DNA of 64,000 nt from a candidate division FCPU426 bacterium (lineage in GTDB: Bacteria; Oederibacteriota; Muellerivitia; Muellerivitales; Muellerivitaceae). The stretch lies in assembly GCA_963738405.1 (NCBI GenBank), contig CAVTWJ010000021.1:32001-96000 (forward strand), written 5' to 3'. The notes under the pieces were generated by a model. The model searched no databases, had not been told where the DNA came from, and was given only the letters and a program-made list of their open reading frames with translations. Each line of letters starts with the position of its first letter. Within the stretch, counting starts at the first letter, position 1. Made by a program: the position numbers and the translations under genes. Below, piece after piece: positions 9,991 through 20,163 of the stretch.

Positions 9991-10989
9991 TTATAGGTTT
10001 ACGATCTCATTTCGGGGATTGCCCTCCTGCCAGCCCAGGATGAGGCAGGAAGCCAAAACCAAAAGGGTTCCCAAGATGAAATGGGGCGTCAGGGGTTCCC
10101 CCAAAAGCCCCCAGCCCAGAAGCGCCGCCAAAATGGGGGTGAGGAGGGATAAGAGGGTGCCCATGGAAAAACTGGTATAGCCGTAGCCCTGGGTAAACAA
10201 AAGCTGGGCCGCCATGGCGCAAAGCCCCATCACTATAAGTATCCCAAGCCCTGGCCCCGCCAAGGATTGAAACCTTCCCAGGGTCTCGAAAGCCCCTCCC
10301 AAAAAGGGAAAACCCAGCAAGCCCAATCCTGCGAAGAAGAACCCGAAGAGGGTAAAACTAAAAAAAACGGTCAAGGCATTGTCGGTTTTCCGGGCCACCT
10401 TGATGGCGGCCACCCCGCCTCCCGCCGCCATGCCGGACAATACCCCGGTCAGGTCCCCCCATTCAAAATGGTCGAAGCTCACCCCCAAAACCAGCCAGAC
10501 CCCGATGCCGGCCAAAAGAAGCGTCAGGGCGAAACCCTTGGGCGGCTGGTGCTTTAAAAACAGCACCCCGAAGACATTGGCCCAAATGGAATAGGTGTAG
10601 TTAAGAAGCGTGCCCTTGGCCGCTGTGGTGAGCTGTAGGGTGATGAAATAAAGAAGGACGGTGAGGCCCCCCAGGATGCCCCGCCATAGAAGGGCCTCCC
10701 GGTTCACCAGTTTGAGTTTCTGGGGCCCGTAAAAATGAAGCAGGGCGATTCCCGCCAAGGCGATGGTGAAGCGGCAGAAGCTGGTTTGCACCGCCCCGAA
10801 GTGGTACTGGTTTCCCCATTTCACCAGGATCGGGAGGAAGCCGAAGAAAACCCCCGAGAGGGTCATCAAGAGGATGCCGTTATGTTTTATTCTTCCCTTG
10901 TGAATTGTTGGTTGAGGTTTTCGGTTCATTCCCATGGGCCGTTCTTGGTGTCTTGGTGGTGAAAATAGATGTGGCCGTTTGAGCCTCAT
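9991..10989 (-). CDS. DMT/EamA family transporter (start uncertain)
   Basis: 10 TMs in two EamA repeats; ATGA overlap with HAD gene stop. Confidence 0.85.
   Translation of the reverse strand: MRLKRPHLFSPPRHQERPMGMNRKPQPTIHKGRIKHNGILLMTLSGVFFGFLPILVKWGNQYHFGAVQTSFCRFTIALAGIALLHFYGPQKLKLVNREALLWRGILGGLTVLLYFITLQLTTAAKGTLLNYTYSIWANVFGVLFLKHQPPKGFALTLLLAGIGVWLVLGVSFDHFEWGDLTGVLSGMAAGGGVAAIKVARKTDNALTVFFSFTLFGFFFAGLGLLGFPFLGGAFETLGRFQSLAGPGLGILIVMGLCAMAAQLLFTQGYGYTSFSMGTLLSLLTPILAALLGWGLLGEPLTPHFILGTLLVLASCLILGWQEGNPRNEIVNL
10939..10963 (-). repeat. Copy of the TTCACCACCAAGRCACCAAGAACGG short repeat
   Basis: Reverse complement matches 24461-24485 at 24/25 nt. Confidence 0.75.
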
Positions 10990-11615
10990 AGGTGCTTTAA
11001 CACGGGGCGCAGGTCACGGCCCGTTAATTCCCAGTCGCCCTTGCCCTTGAGGAATCGGTCGGGGTTCACCGCGATTTTCTTGCCCGCCACCTTGAAGACC
11101 GCCCTGTCCGACCGGCTGTCCCCTAAGACCGCCGTATGCTTCAAGGAAACCTTGTGGCGTTTGGCGAGGTCTTTCAAGAAGATCGGTTTTTCATGTTCCT
11201 CAAAAATCACCATGCCCCGGCCCGTCACCCTGCCTCCCTTGATTTCAAGGGTCGTCCCCTTAACCTCATCAAACCCAAAGCGGTCTTGAAAATACCGGGC
11301 GGATAATTCATAGCCCAGCGTGGCTAGGGCCACCCCGTGACCTTGTCTCTTGAGGGCCTTCACCGTCTCGCCGATCCCCTTCATCTTGGGGATCTGGGCC
11401 AAGGCCTTATGGATATCGGTCAGTTTCCAGCCCTTCATGCGGCGGGTCACCTTCTTGGCCAGGGTGAGGTGGTCGGTTTTTTCCACCAGCCAGTCTTCTT
11501 CCAGTTTCCGGAAATAATCTTCCGCCCCCATTTTTCTAAAGATGAACCGGGTCGTGGAAACGCCGTAGGTGAGGGTGCCGTCGAGGTCAAAGAGGATTAC
11601 GCGCTTGGGGTTCAA
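10986..11615 (-). CDS. HAD-IB family phosphatase (SerB-like); start moved to TTG 11615
   Basis: FDLDGTL motif I, ATLG, K, GDSRSD; the upstream extension overlaps icd and its terminator. Confidence 0.8.
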   Translation of the reverse strand: MNPKRVILFDLDGTLTYGVSTTRFIFRKMGAEDYFRKLEEDWLVEKTDHLTLAKKVTRRMKGWKLTDIHKALAQIPKMKGIGETVKALKRQGHGVALATLGYELSARYFQDRFGFDEVKGTTLEIKGGRVTGRGMVIFEEHEKPIFLKDLAKRHKVSLKHTAVLGDSRSDRAVFKVAGKKIAVNPDRFLKGKGDWELTGRDLRPVLKHL

Positions 11616-11616
11616 T

Positions 11617-11653
11617 GAAAAAGGGCCTTTCAGAGGATATGAAGGGCCCTTAT
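11617..11653 (-). terminator. Intrinsic terminator after icd
   Basis: Minus strand AAGGGCCCTTCA-loop-TGAAAGGCCCTTTTT. Confidence 0.6.
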
Positions 11654-11689
11654 TAAACGAAAAATAATGTTTTTTTAAAAGCCTTACGC

Positions 11690-12949
11690 TCACCCCATAT
11701 TGGCGATGACGGCCGTGGCGAATTCGGAGCATTTCACTTCTTTCGCCCCTTCCATCTGCCGAGCGAAATCGTAAGTGACCACCTTTTGACTGATCGTCTT
11801 GTCCAGCGCCTTCACGATCAGGTTCGCCGCTTCCAGCCAGCCCATGTACTCGAACATCATGACGCCGGAAAGAACCACTGAACCCGGGTTTACCTTGTCC
11901 AGATTGGCGTACTTGGGGGCCGTGCCGTGCGTGGCCTCGAATATGGCGTGGCCGGTAACGTAATTGATGTTGCCGCCGGGGGCGATGCCGATGCCGCCCA
12001 CCTGGGCCGCCAGGGCGTCGGATAAATAGTCGCCGTTCAGGTTCAGGGTGGCGATCACGTCGAACTCATCGGGGCGGGTCAAGACCTGCTGGAGGGTGAT
12101 ATCAGCGATGGAGTCCTTGATCACCAGCCCCGCGCCGGGCTTTCCCTCAGGGATCTTGCACCAGGGGCCGCCGTCCAGTTCCACCGCGCCGAACTCGCTC
12201 TTGGCCAGTCCATAACCCCAGTCGCGGAAGGCGCCTTCGGTGTACTTCATGATGTTGCCCTTGTGGACAAAATTCACGCTCTTGCGCTTCAAGCGGATGG
12301 CGTATTGGATGGCCGCCCGAACCAGGCGCTCAGTGCCTTCTTTGGAAACAGGCTTGATGCCAATGCCGGAGGTTTGGGGGAAACGGATTTTTTTGACCCC
12401 CATTTCCTTTTGCAGGAACTCGATCACCTTTTTCGCCTCGGGGGATTCGGCGGGCCACTCGATGCCGGCGTAAATATCCTCGGTGTTCTCGCGGAAGATC
12501 ACCATGTCCACCTTCTCCGGGCGCTTCACAGGCGAGGGAACCCCCTGGTAATAGCGCACCGGCCGGAGACAGACATAGAGATCCAGCTTTTGGCGCAGGG
12601 CCACATTAAGGGAGCTGATGCCGCCCCCCACGGGCGTCGTCAGGGGGCCCTTGATGCCCACCAAGTATTCCTTGAAAGCCTCGATCGTGTCCTCGGGCAA
12701 CCAGTTTTGGAACTTGTCAAAGGCGGTCTGGCCCGCGAAGACCTCGAACCAGGATATTTTTTTCTTGCCCTGGTAGGCCTTGGCCACCGCCGCGTCAAAG
12801 ATGCGTACCGAAGCGCGCCAGATGTCCGGCCCCGTCCCGTCGCCTTCGATAAAAGGAAGCACCGGATTATCCGGCACCTTCAAGACCCCGTTTTGAATGG
12901 AAACTTTTTCGCCCTGCGGTGCTTTGACGTCTTTATAGGAATAAGACAA
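11690..12949 (-). CDS. icd: NADP-dependent isocitrate dehydrogenase (E. coli type)
   Basis: [52 protein letters not shown]. Confidence 0.97.
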   Translation of the reverse strand: MSYSYKDVKAPQGEKVSIQNGVLKVPDNPVLPFIEGDGTGPDIWRASVRIFDAAVAKAYQGKKKISWFEVFAGQTAFDKFQNWLPEDTIEAFKEYLVGIKGPLTTPVGGGISSLNVALRQKLDLYVCLRPVRYYQGVPSPVKRPEKVDMVIFRENTEDIYAGIEWPAESPEAKKVIEFLQKEMGVKKIRFPQTSGIGIKPVSKEGTERLVRAAIQYAIRLKRKSVNFVHKGNIMKYTEGAFRDWGYGLAKSEFGAVELDGGPWCKIPEGKPGAGLVIKDSIADITLQQVLTRPDEFDVIATLNLNGDYLSDALAAQVGGIGIAPGGNINYVTGHAIFEATHGTAPKYANLDKVNPGSVVLSGVMMFEYMGWLEAANLIVKALDKTISQKVVTYDFARQMEGAKEVKCSEFATAVIANMG

Positions 12950-13013
12950 GGAAATCCTCCCCTGAAATTAGGTGATGGGTCCGCGATTGGACGCGGAAAA
13001 GAAAATCGTTCGC

Positions 13014-13042
13014 AGTTTATGCCTTGAAAAAAGGGGCGTCAA
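13014..13042 (-). promoter_or_regulatory. Sigma70-type promoter of icd
   Basis: TTGACG-17 nt-TAAACT on the minus strand. Confidence 0.6.
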
Positions 13043-13065
13043 GAAAGACGCCATGAGAAAGGTTC

Positions 13066-14364
13066 TCAGGCTTGGGCGTCGGGGAGATGCCGGAAGTCTT
13101 CGGCACGAAGATTATACTTTCGCATCTTGCGCTGAAGGGTCTTGAGGCTCAGGCCCGACAAACAAGCCGCGTCCTGGAGTTTTCCCTTGGTTTTGGCAAG
13201 GGCGTCCACCAGATAGCCCCGCTCGGTGGTGTCCAGAAGCTGATCGAGCTTTTCACCGGAGGGCGAGACGATTCCTACGTCGAGCTTGGCGATTTGAGGG
13301 CCCGTGGCCATCAAACAGGCCCTTTCAATATGAATTTCCAGCTCCCTTAAGTTTCCCGGCCAGGGGTAGGTCATCAATTGGGAAAGGGCCTCCGGGCTCA
13401 GCTTTTCGGCCGGGGAGCCCGTCACCACCCGGAAGGTTTCGATGAAATGCTGGGCCAGAAAAGGAAGGTCCTGGGGGCGCTCCCTGAGGGAAGGCAATCG
13501 CAGGGTGCGGGAAGCGAACCGGTTGAAAAGATCCAGCCGGATGATTTCCTGGTGGACCAGCTGGTCGATATCTTGCCTTGTGGCCGCCACGACCCGTGGT
13601 TCGTTCTTCCCCGCCGTCTTAGCCAAAACGGACGCCAGTTTTTTCTGGCTGGCTTCACCCAGGCCGCAGATCTCATCCAGATAGAGGGTTCCCCCGGCGG
13701 CCTTTTCCCAGGCTCCGCCGGGTCCGAAAAGCCCGGCCGCGCAATCACCCTCCTGATTGTCCACGCAATGGAAGACATGAAAAGGGGCTTCGGCCCGGCG
13801 GGACCTTTGGTGAAGTGCGCGGGCGAATGATTTTTTTCCCGTGCCTTTTTCCCCCTGCAGCAGCACCGGCCAGCCGTCGTCGGCCCAATGGGACATCTGC
13901 TCAAACACCAGCTGGAACCGCTTATCCCGGCTGCTGATGGTTCCGGCGTTTTGGGGAAGGGGCGCGCCCTTGGTTAGCTCCGTGATATCCTTCACCACTT
14001 CCACGACATAATCGACCGATTTGTGGGACGCGTTCCAAAGGGGATAGATGGAAACCTGGAAATCCCGATTGGCCCCCTGTTCCCCCAGGGTGGCGTATCC
14101 TAGGTGGGGTTGTCCGGTCTCGAAAACCATTTTGGCTTTGCAGAAAAAACATTTTTCAGCGAAACCGTAGAAAGCCTGGTGGCAGGGAAGGCCGCGCAAT
14201 TCGTCGAGCTTTTTCCCCAGGTTCTGGCTGGAGGTCTGGTTGACGAAGACCAGTCGGAACTGCCGGTCGATAATTTTCACCGACTGGGGCAATCCGTCCA
14301 AGACTTCCCTGAGAAAGGGAGCCTTGGTATAGAGGGCGGGAGGCCGGTAACGGCGGGGGCTCAA
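13066..14364 (-). CDS. PAS + sigma54-type AAA+ + Fis-HTH transcriptional regulator, lacking GAFTGA
   Basis: GEKGTGK Walker A, TLYLDEI Walker B, LPSLRER, YPWPGNLREL, C-terminal HTH; N-terminal PAS. Confidence 0.85.
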   Translation of the reverse strand: MSPRRYRPPALYTKAPFLREVLDGLPQSVKIIDRQFRLVFVNQTSSQNLGKKLDELRGLPCHQAFYGFAEKCFFCKAKMVFETGQPHLGYATLGEQGANRDFQVSIYPLWNASHKSVDYVVEVVKDITELTKGAPLPQNAGTISSRDKRFQLVFEQMSHWADDGWPVLLQGEKGTGKKSFARALHQRSRRAEAPFHVFHCVDNQEGDCAAGLFGPGGAWEKAAGGTLYLDEICGLGEASQKKLASVLAKTAGKNEPRVVAATRQDIDQLVHQEIIRLDLFNRFASRTLRLPSLRERPQDLPFLAQHFIETFRVVTGSPAEKLSPEALSQLMTYPWPGNLRELEIHIERACLMATGPQIAKLDVGIVSPSGEKLDQLLDTTERGYLVDALAKTKGKLQDAACLSGLSLKTLQRKMRKYNLRAEDFRHLPDAQA

Positions 14365-14405
14365 GCCGCGGCCCTATGCGTGGAAATCACGTCGGAAAAA
14401 TTTCC

Positions 14406-15074
14406 TTAGTTTTTGGAGAGGCTAGGGGGAAGGGGCGCGGTTTCTGTTTTCTCAGGGACGCCCGAGGAAATGTAGTGCTTGAACCGCTTCTTCATTTCCA
14501 GCAGATCCTTGCGGATGGCCGAAAGCTTGTCCGCCAATTCCTGCTCCTCGCCGAAAACCTCGATCGCCTTTTCCAGAAGCTTCAGCGACTCCTGCTGAAG
14601 GGAAACTTCTTTTTGAATGAGCGATTGGAAGGATCCCGTTTCCACCTGCTCGGCAAGATGCCCCGTGACGGTCAGGGTCACCGGGATTCCCGTCAAATCG
14701 TAAAGGGTCTTCACGATGGCCTGGTAGTGCTTCTGCGCCGAGGCCAAGAGCTGCCAAAGGGCGCTGACCGAATTCTCGTCATCCTGGCCCACCGTGGCGG
14801 TGGCGGTGGAAAGAACCATCAAACGGCGATAAAAGAGGTCCAAAACCTGGAAGAGGATGGCGGCCTTGCGGAGGGTGATCTTGCTGATGTGGGTCTTGTT
14901 ATTGAGGAGCACCTTCACTTCATTGACCTTCAACTCGCACTGCTCCAGCAATTCCCGGTTGGCGCGGGCGTCCCTGGGGCTGATGCGAAGGGCCCGGCTG
15001 GCTAAGTGCTGAACATTACGGCCTAAAGACTCTACCGTCTCAATAAGCTGAAAAAGCGAAAAATAAAAGTTCAT
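14406..15074 (-). CDS. Hypothetical alpha-helical protein
   Basis: 222-aa ORF with SD AGGGGAG; no motif recognised. Confidence 0.6.
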   Translation of the reverse strand: MNFYFSLFQLIETVESLGRNVQHLASRALRISPRDARANRELLEQCELKVNEVKVLLNNKTHISKITLRKAAILFQVLDLFYRRLMVLSTATATVGQDDENSVSALWQLLASAQKHYQAIVKTLYDLTGIPVTLTVTGHLAEQVETGSFQSLIQKEVSLQQESLKLLEKAIEVFGEEQELADKLSAIRKDLLEMKKRFKHYISSGVPEKTETAPLPPSLSKN

Positions 15075-15411
15075 GATCGGCTCCCCTATTCTTTCGACCT
15101 TACTTGGGTGGGCTTGGAAAGGCTTATTTAGTAGGTCAAAAGATTCTTTAGATGAAGTATAGCGACTGTACCTATAAGGTTACACAAATAATCGTCGGGA
15201 CAATGTAAATTGTTAAAATATAAGGGTAATCGAAGCATTTAAGGTTTAGCGAAAAATAAACAGATTCTCAAAAAAGGTCATAATTGTCTCTTATGTGTCA
15301 AAATTTACACTTAATTAACAAGCTTTATACCCAAGTTGCCTAGCTTCCTTTGGGCTGTTTTAGCGAAACTTTGGACCACCAGTTCAATCCACCATCACGG
15401 AGAGGTGTTGC

Positions 15412-15864
15412 ATGCTCAAAGAAGGCGCCAAGGCCCCTGAATTTTCTTTGGAAACAGACAAGGGAGAAAAGGTTTCGCTGAAGGATTTCAAGGGCAAATC
15501 GGTGGTGCTTTATTTTTACCCTAAGGACATGACGCCCGGCTGTACCCAGGAAGCCTGTGATTTCCGAGACAACTGGGAAAGGGTGAAGAAAAAGGGAGCC
15601 GTGGTTTTAGGCGTCAGCGCGGACCCCGTGAAAAAACACCAGACCTTCAAGGAAAAGTACAAACTCCCTTTCACACTGCTTTCAGATGAGAAAAAGGAAA
15701 TGTTGAAAGAATACGGAGTGTGGAAGAAAAAGAAATTCATGGGCCGGGAATTTATGGGTATCGTGCGTTCCACGTTTCTCATCGGCAAGGACGGCAAGAT
15801 TGAGAAGATCTGGTCCCCTGTCAGCGTGAAGGGCCATGTGGACGAGGTCATAGAAGCCCTATAG
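15412..15864 (+). CDS. bcp: Peroxiredoxin BCP
   Basis: [21 protein letters not shown] active site. Confidence 0.95.
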   Translation: MLKEGAKAPEFSLETDKGEKVSLKDFKGKSVVLYFYPKDMTPGCTQEACDFRDNWERVKKKGAVVLGVSADPVKKHQTFKEKYKLPFTLLSDEKKEMLKEYGVWKKKKFMGREFMGIVRSTFLIGKDGKIEKIWSPVSVKGHVDEVIEAL

Positions 15865-16200
15865 GGTTGGCCCTGGGTCGACACGCCTTCTCTCATCCGT
15901 AATGGGAATATAGTCCAGCTTCACGTCTCCTACGATCTGGCATTGGCAGGCCAGCCGCCATGAGGGCCTTGCCTTGATCGTGGCCAGGGTCTGCCTTTCC
16001 CTCTCGGTGGGGGGCGAAAGGTTTTCCATTCCCTCAATCACTTCCGTCAGGCAGGTGGTGCAAACCGCGCGCTCGCACCGGTAACGGATCGGCAGGTCGT
16101 AGCGGAAGGTGGCGTCTACCAGGGTGTCTTCCACGTCCACCTCGCCCGATTCTCCTGTCCTGGGAAAAGTAATCTTGGCTTTTTTAATTTCTTCCGGCAT
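15859..16200 (-). CDS. 2Fe-2S ferredoxin
   Basis: C-x4-C-x2-C (CERAVCTTC) plus RLACQC. Confidence 0.85.
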   Translation of the reverse strand: MPEEIKKAKITFPRTGESGEVDVEDTLVDATFRYDLPIRYRCERAVCTTCLTEVIEGMENLSPPTERERQTLATIKARPSWRLACQCQIVGDVKLDYIPITDERRRVDPGPTL

Positions 16201-16242
16201 GTCTTCCTCTTTAATTTACGCTGACGGACCGTCCAGCCCTCG

Positions 16243-16271
16243 TTGAAAGCTTATCAAGGCTCGCATAGAAT
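16243..16271 (+). promoter_or_regulatory. Sigma70-type promoter upstream of the DUF4149 gene
   Basis: TTGAAA-17 nt-TAGAAT. Confidence 0.5.
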
Positions 16272-16298
16272 GCGGATAAGTTTTTTCAAGGGGGCGCT

Positions 16299-16814
16299 AT
16301 GGCCTTTCTCCGTTTCCTGCATCTTTTTACCTTTGTCTTCTGGTATGGAACCCTTCTATATTTCACCTTCATCCAAGCCCCGGTCCTCTTCAAGACCCTT
16401 CCCCGGGACCTTTTCGGATTGGTTCAAAGCAAGCTCTTTCCGCCCTTTTACATCATCAGTTACGTCTGCGGCACCTTCCTTATCGTCTCGTACCATTTTC
16501 TCAATCCCCTGAAGCCCAACGACCCGCAGGACTGCGTAAAGATCACAGCCCTCTATCTGATGCTTTTGCTTTCCCTGGCCCAAGGAATGTGGATCGGCCC
16601 CAAGGCCGCCCAGCTTCGCTTAGACCGCATCGCCGCGGAAGAGGCCAAGGACGCGCCGAAAGCCGAGAGTTTGAGCCATGAATTCGGCAAGGCCCACGGG
16701 ATTTCCAGCCTGATCAACCTGCTGGTGATCTTGTCCGGCCTGGTTTATCTCATCTACTTCAATCTCAAGCCCGCCGCTCCCGCACCTTCCCTAATCCAAA
16801 AAATATTTGGATGA
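16299..16814 (+). CDS. DUF4149/TMEM205-like membrane protein
   Basis: APVLFKTLPRDLFGLVQSKLFP and F...HGISSLINL motifs; 4 TMs. Confidence 0.8.
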   Translation: MAFLRFLHLFTFVFWYGTLLYFTFIQAPVLFKTLPRDLFGLVQSKLFPPFYIISYVCGTFLIVSYHFLNPLKPNDPQDCVKITALYLMLLLSLAQGMWIGPKAAQLRLDRIAAEEAKDAPKAESLSHEFGKAHGISSLINLLVILSGLVYLIYFNLKPAAPAPSLIQKIFG

Positions 16815-17611
16815 TTTCAAAAGCTTTTCTTTTTCCCTTTTTCTTTTTTGGATTAATTCTTCTTGTTCTTCCCTCTTGTGCGCATGTTCCAACACCCAAT
16901 TCCAATGGACTTGGGGCCATGTCCCAAACCCCCGCGCCTCCAAACGATAAAAACGCCCAAACTTCCAAACTTTTTCCTCTTCTTCACTATCCCTACCAAG
17001 AGGAAGCGCCAAATCCGATTGAAATAAGCGAGACCTCCCTCCTTGCCTCGGAAAAGGATTGGAGTCGCGACCTGCAAACCCAGCCTGACCGCCTGGACTT
17101 GATCCTTTCCCTCGCCAAGGCGGATCAGGCCCTGGGTTGGTTTGAAACCCAGTACGCTCTTTTAGCCCAGACCCTCCAAAAGATTGACCAGAAAGAGGCG
17201 AATTTTCAGTGGAGTCCTGGCCAGGAACTGCCCGATTCCCCCGCCCATCTTCTTTCCACCGCCCTTTTGGAATCGGAGGCTTTCTACTTCAATCAAGGCC
17301 CGGATCAAACCGAAAAGGCTTCCCGCTTGGCGCGGCTGGCCATGACCTACAACGAGCAGGACCCCTACGCCTATAACGCCTTGGCCGTCTGCCATCAAAT
17401 CCAGGGCAATTCCCAGCACACCTTGAAATACCTTTTGATCGCCTTGAGCCGGGACCCTCAAAACTGCATGGTTCTGGGAAATATCGGCAGGCTTCTCTCG
17501 AGCTTGGGAAAGAAAAAGGAGGCGAGGATCTATTTCAAGCGGGTGATTTCATTGAACAGAGAGCCGGATGAGACAAAGGAAGTGAAGGCCTACTTGAGAA
17601 TTAAGCCTTAG
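16811..17611 (+). CDS. TPR-repeat lipoprotein
   Basis: Signal peptide ending LPSC; C-terminal TPR-like helices (AYNALAV, VLGNIG..L..LG...EA...F). Confidence 0.7.
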   Translation: MISKAFLFPFFFFGLILLVLPSCAHVPTPNSNGLGAMSQTPAPPNDKNAQTSKLFPLLHYPYQEEAPNPIEISETSLLASEKDWSRDLQTQPDRLDLILSLAKADQALGWFETQYALLAQTLQKIDQKEANFQWSPGQELPDSPAHLLSTALLESEAFYFNQGPDQTEKASRLARLAMTYNEQDPYAYNALAVCHQIQGNSQHTLKYLLIALSRDPQNCMVLGNIGRLLSSLGKKKEARIYFKRVISLNREPDETKEVKAYLRIKP

Positions 17612-18224
17612 GTCCCTGCGCACGGGCCCGTTCCTCATTGATATAGCGGGTGGCCTCGGAAAAGCCGTAGACCGGGGCATCGGTCAGGGCCTTTAAATCG
17701 TTGGTCTTGCCGATCTTTTCGTAATATTCCATCATCCCGGCCAGAACCAGCATGAGAAAGAAGAGGGAAGGTTCCCCAAGGGTCTTAATGAGGTATTGCA
17801 GAAAGAAAATGACCGTCACCGGGTAGGTGTGGCCCTCGTCGCCCAGGGGCAGAACCAATTCGGCCAGCCGGCCGTCCTGTTCCTGGATCAGTTTAAGCGT
17901 AACCGCCCTCTCAACTTTTTCAGGCGCCGTCTCCAGAAGCGTTTGATCCTTCCCCAAGATCACCGGCCGAAACAGGCCCTTGGGGTTGACCGTATCGGCC
18001 ATGGCCTGCTGGAGATAGCCGAACAACAGAGAAACCTGCTTGTTCTCACCCAGCAAAAAGAGAAGCCGGGCCGTCGCTAGGCTGAAAAGCTGAATCTCGT
18101 CCCGCTCCCGGGAGATCCCGTCCACTTCTTCGGACTGATATTCCACAAAAGCCTTAAAGGGCGCCTCGAAAACCACCTTGGCGGTGCCGATGTTTTTTTT
18201 GATTTCTTCCACTGGGGCGGTCAC
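17601..18224 (-). CDS. Hypothetical protein
   Basis: 207-aa ORF directly downstream of moeB on the same strand. Confidence 0.6.
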   Translation of the reverse strand: MTAPVEEIKKNIGTAKVVFEAPFKAFVEYQSEEVDGISRERDEIQLFSLATARLLFLLGENKQVSLLFGYLQQAMADTVNPKGLFRPVILGKDQTLLETAPEKVERAVTLKLIQEQDGRLAELVLPLGDEGHTYPVTVIFFLQYLIKTLGEPSLFFLMLVLAGMMEYYEKIGKTNDLKALTDAPVYGFSEATRYINEERARAQGPKA

Positions 18225-18245
18225 TCAATCCGGTCCTTGAATGAT

Positions 18246-19406
18246 TTAGTACTTAGGAACCGACGAATCCACCTGATCGCTCCAGCCCAGGATGCCGCCC
18301 GCCACGTTGACCAGGTTGGAAAAGCCCTGCTGCTTTAAAAAGTTGATGGCTTTCATGCTCCGCACCCCGCTCTTGCAATGCACCACGATTTCCTTGTCCT
18401 TCACCTTGTCCAGTTCATGGAATCGGTTAGGCAGTTGGGATAGAGGCAACAAGGTGGAACCCTTGATGTTGGCGATCTCGTACTCGTTGGGCTCGCGCAC
18501 GTCCAACAACAGAAAATCTTGTTTCTCGTCCATCTTGACCTTCAGTTCCAGCGGTGTGATTTCATCCTTATTCATCACCTTGACCTCCTGGGTCTGGGTG
18601 TCTTCCACCCTCATGCCGCAAAATTGCTCGTAATCGATCAGCTCGTGAATGGTCGGGTTCGTTCCGCAGATAGGGCAGGCCGGGTCCTTGTGAAGTTTTA
18701 AGGTGCGAAACTGCATGTCGAGCGAGTTGTAGATCACGAACTTGCCGATGGCGGGCTTGCCGATGCCCGTGATGAGCTTGATGGCCTCGGTGGCCTGGAT
18801 GGCCCCGATGGTGCCCACCATGGCGCCCATGACCCCGCCCTCGGCGCAGGAAGGCACCTCGCCCGGGGGAGGCGGTTCGGGGTAAAGGCAGCGGTAGCAG
18901 GGCCCCTCGGGGGTCTTGAAGACCGTCATCTGCCCGTCGAAGCGGAAGATGGAGCCGTAAATGTTGGCCTTACCCTGAAGCACCGCCGCGTCGTTGGTCA
19001 GGTAGCGGGTCGGGAAATTGTCCGTCCCGTCAATGATCAGATCGTAATCTTTCAAGATGCCCATGATGTTGTCGCTCTTCAGGGCCACGGCGTAGGTATT
19101 CACCTTCACGTCCGGGTTCAGGGCCTTAAGCCGCTTGGCGGCCACTTCCACCTTGGGTTTTCCCACATCTTCGGTGGTAAAAAGCACCTGGCGTTGCAGG
19201 TTGCTGGCGTCCACCGTGTCGAAATCCACAATACCGATGGTGCCCACACCCGCCGCGGCAAGATAAAGGGAAATGGGGCATCCTAACCCGCCCGCGCCTA
19301 CCACCAGCACCTTGGCTTCCAAAAGTTTCTTTTGACCCGTTACCCCCACCTCGGGCAGGAGGATATGGCGCGTATAGCGTTTGATTTGGTCTTGGCTGAG
19401 ATTCAT
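18246..19406 (-). CDS. moeB: MoeB/ThiF adenylyltransferase with C-terminal rhodanese (MoeZ/MoeBR type)
   Basis: RYTRHILLPEVG, GAGGLG, SNLQRQ, CYRC..CAEGG, CPIC; rhodanese loop HCKSGVRS. Confidence 0.92.
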   Translation of the reverse strand: MNLSQDQIKRYTRHILLPEVGVTGQKKLLEAKVLVVGAGGLGCPISLYLAAAGVGTIGIVDFDTVDASNLQRQVLFTTEDVGKPKVEVAAKRLKALNPDVKVNTYAVALKSDNIMGILKDYDLIIDGTDNFPTRYLTNDAAVLQGKANIYGSIFRFDGQMTVFKTPEGPCYRCLYPEPPPPGEVPSCAEGGVMGAMVGTIGAIQATEAIKLITGIGKPAIGKFVIYNSLDMQFRTLKLHKDPACPICGTNPTIHELIDYEQFCGMRVEDTQTQEVKVMNKDEITPLELKVKMDEKQDFLLLDVREPNEYEIANIKGSTLLPLSQLPNRFHELDKVKDKEIVVHCKSGVRSMKAINFLKQQGFSNLVNVAGGILGWSDQVDSSVPKY

Positions 19407-19507
19407 GGGTTTCTCCCCGGTGATTTAGGTGAGGCTTAGGCGGCAACAGGAAAAGCATGATAGGGGCGCAAGAAGGGGCAAATCAACCAATGATCGAATC
19501 CCCGCCT

Positions 19508-19960
19508 TTACGACCCCGACTTTTCCAAATAGCTTTTCAGCATTTCCAAGGTTTGGGTGGTCCTGCGCTTATGGGAAGCAAGCCCGAACCCCAGGCCAAA
19601 ATAGATCTTTTCCCCCAGTCCCTTTGGCTCCACTTTCATCCAATAAAAGGAGACTCGGCATCCCTTTTCAAGGGGGGTGATTTCAATCGCGGCCCTTCCC
19701 ATTAAATTACCTATGTAATCCATGAATATTCGTCGGGGAGGTTCCAACCCGGCGATCCGGTAGTTGAACTTCGCCGGAGGAAATGTTCCTTCAACCTCGA
19801 AATGGATTTCCTGGCCGACGAAGGCCTTCGACTCCCCCTCCCATTTCATTTTTAAACCCAACCGCCAGCAGGACCGTACTTCCCAATCGATCAGGGCCCG
19901 GTAAATTTTTTCAGGTGAACTTTCAATGTCGATTTCTTCCCGGCTTTGGTAATAAGTCAA
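19508..19960 (-). CDS. SRPBCC/START-like protein (start TTG 19960 behind SD GGAG)
   Basis: EIDIESSPEKIYRAL.DW....W N-terminus and C-terminal L..LK.YLE helix. Confidence 0.7.
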   Translation of the reverse strand: MTYYQSREEIDIESSPEKIYRALIDWEVRSCWRLGLKMKWEGESKAFVGQEIHFEVEGTFPPAKFNYRIAGLEPPRRIFMDYIGNLMGRAAIEITPLEKGCRVSFYWMKVEPKGLGEKIYFGLGFGLASHKRRTTQTLEMLKSYLEKSGS

Positions 19961-19995
19961 ACTTCGCTCCTGCCCCTGAAGGTTTCTAAACAATT

Positions 19996-20097
19996 TTCAC
20001 CACCAAGACACGAAGACACCAAGAAAAGCTCTTATTTCCAAGGTCCAAATCCCTATTCTTGCCTAACTTGGTGCCTTGGTGCCTTGGTGGTAGAAAA
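19996..20097. repeat. Palindromic element built from CACCAAGR octamer arms
   Basis: TTCACCACCAAGACACGAAGACACCAAG ... CTTGGTGCCTTGGTGCCTTGGTGGTAGAA inverted arms around a ~40-nt spacer. Confidence 0.8.
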
Positions 20098-20163
20098 AGT
20101 TTTACTTGTTGTTCCAAGTCAAACTATTGAATTTGGCAAGTCACATTGTTATTTTAACTGAAA

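Noticed and set aside
10986..11615. HAD-IB enzyme as MtnX completing methionine salvage
   Set aside because: About 9 kb from mtnBD and the motifs are generic SerB-like; cannot be supported
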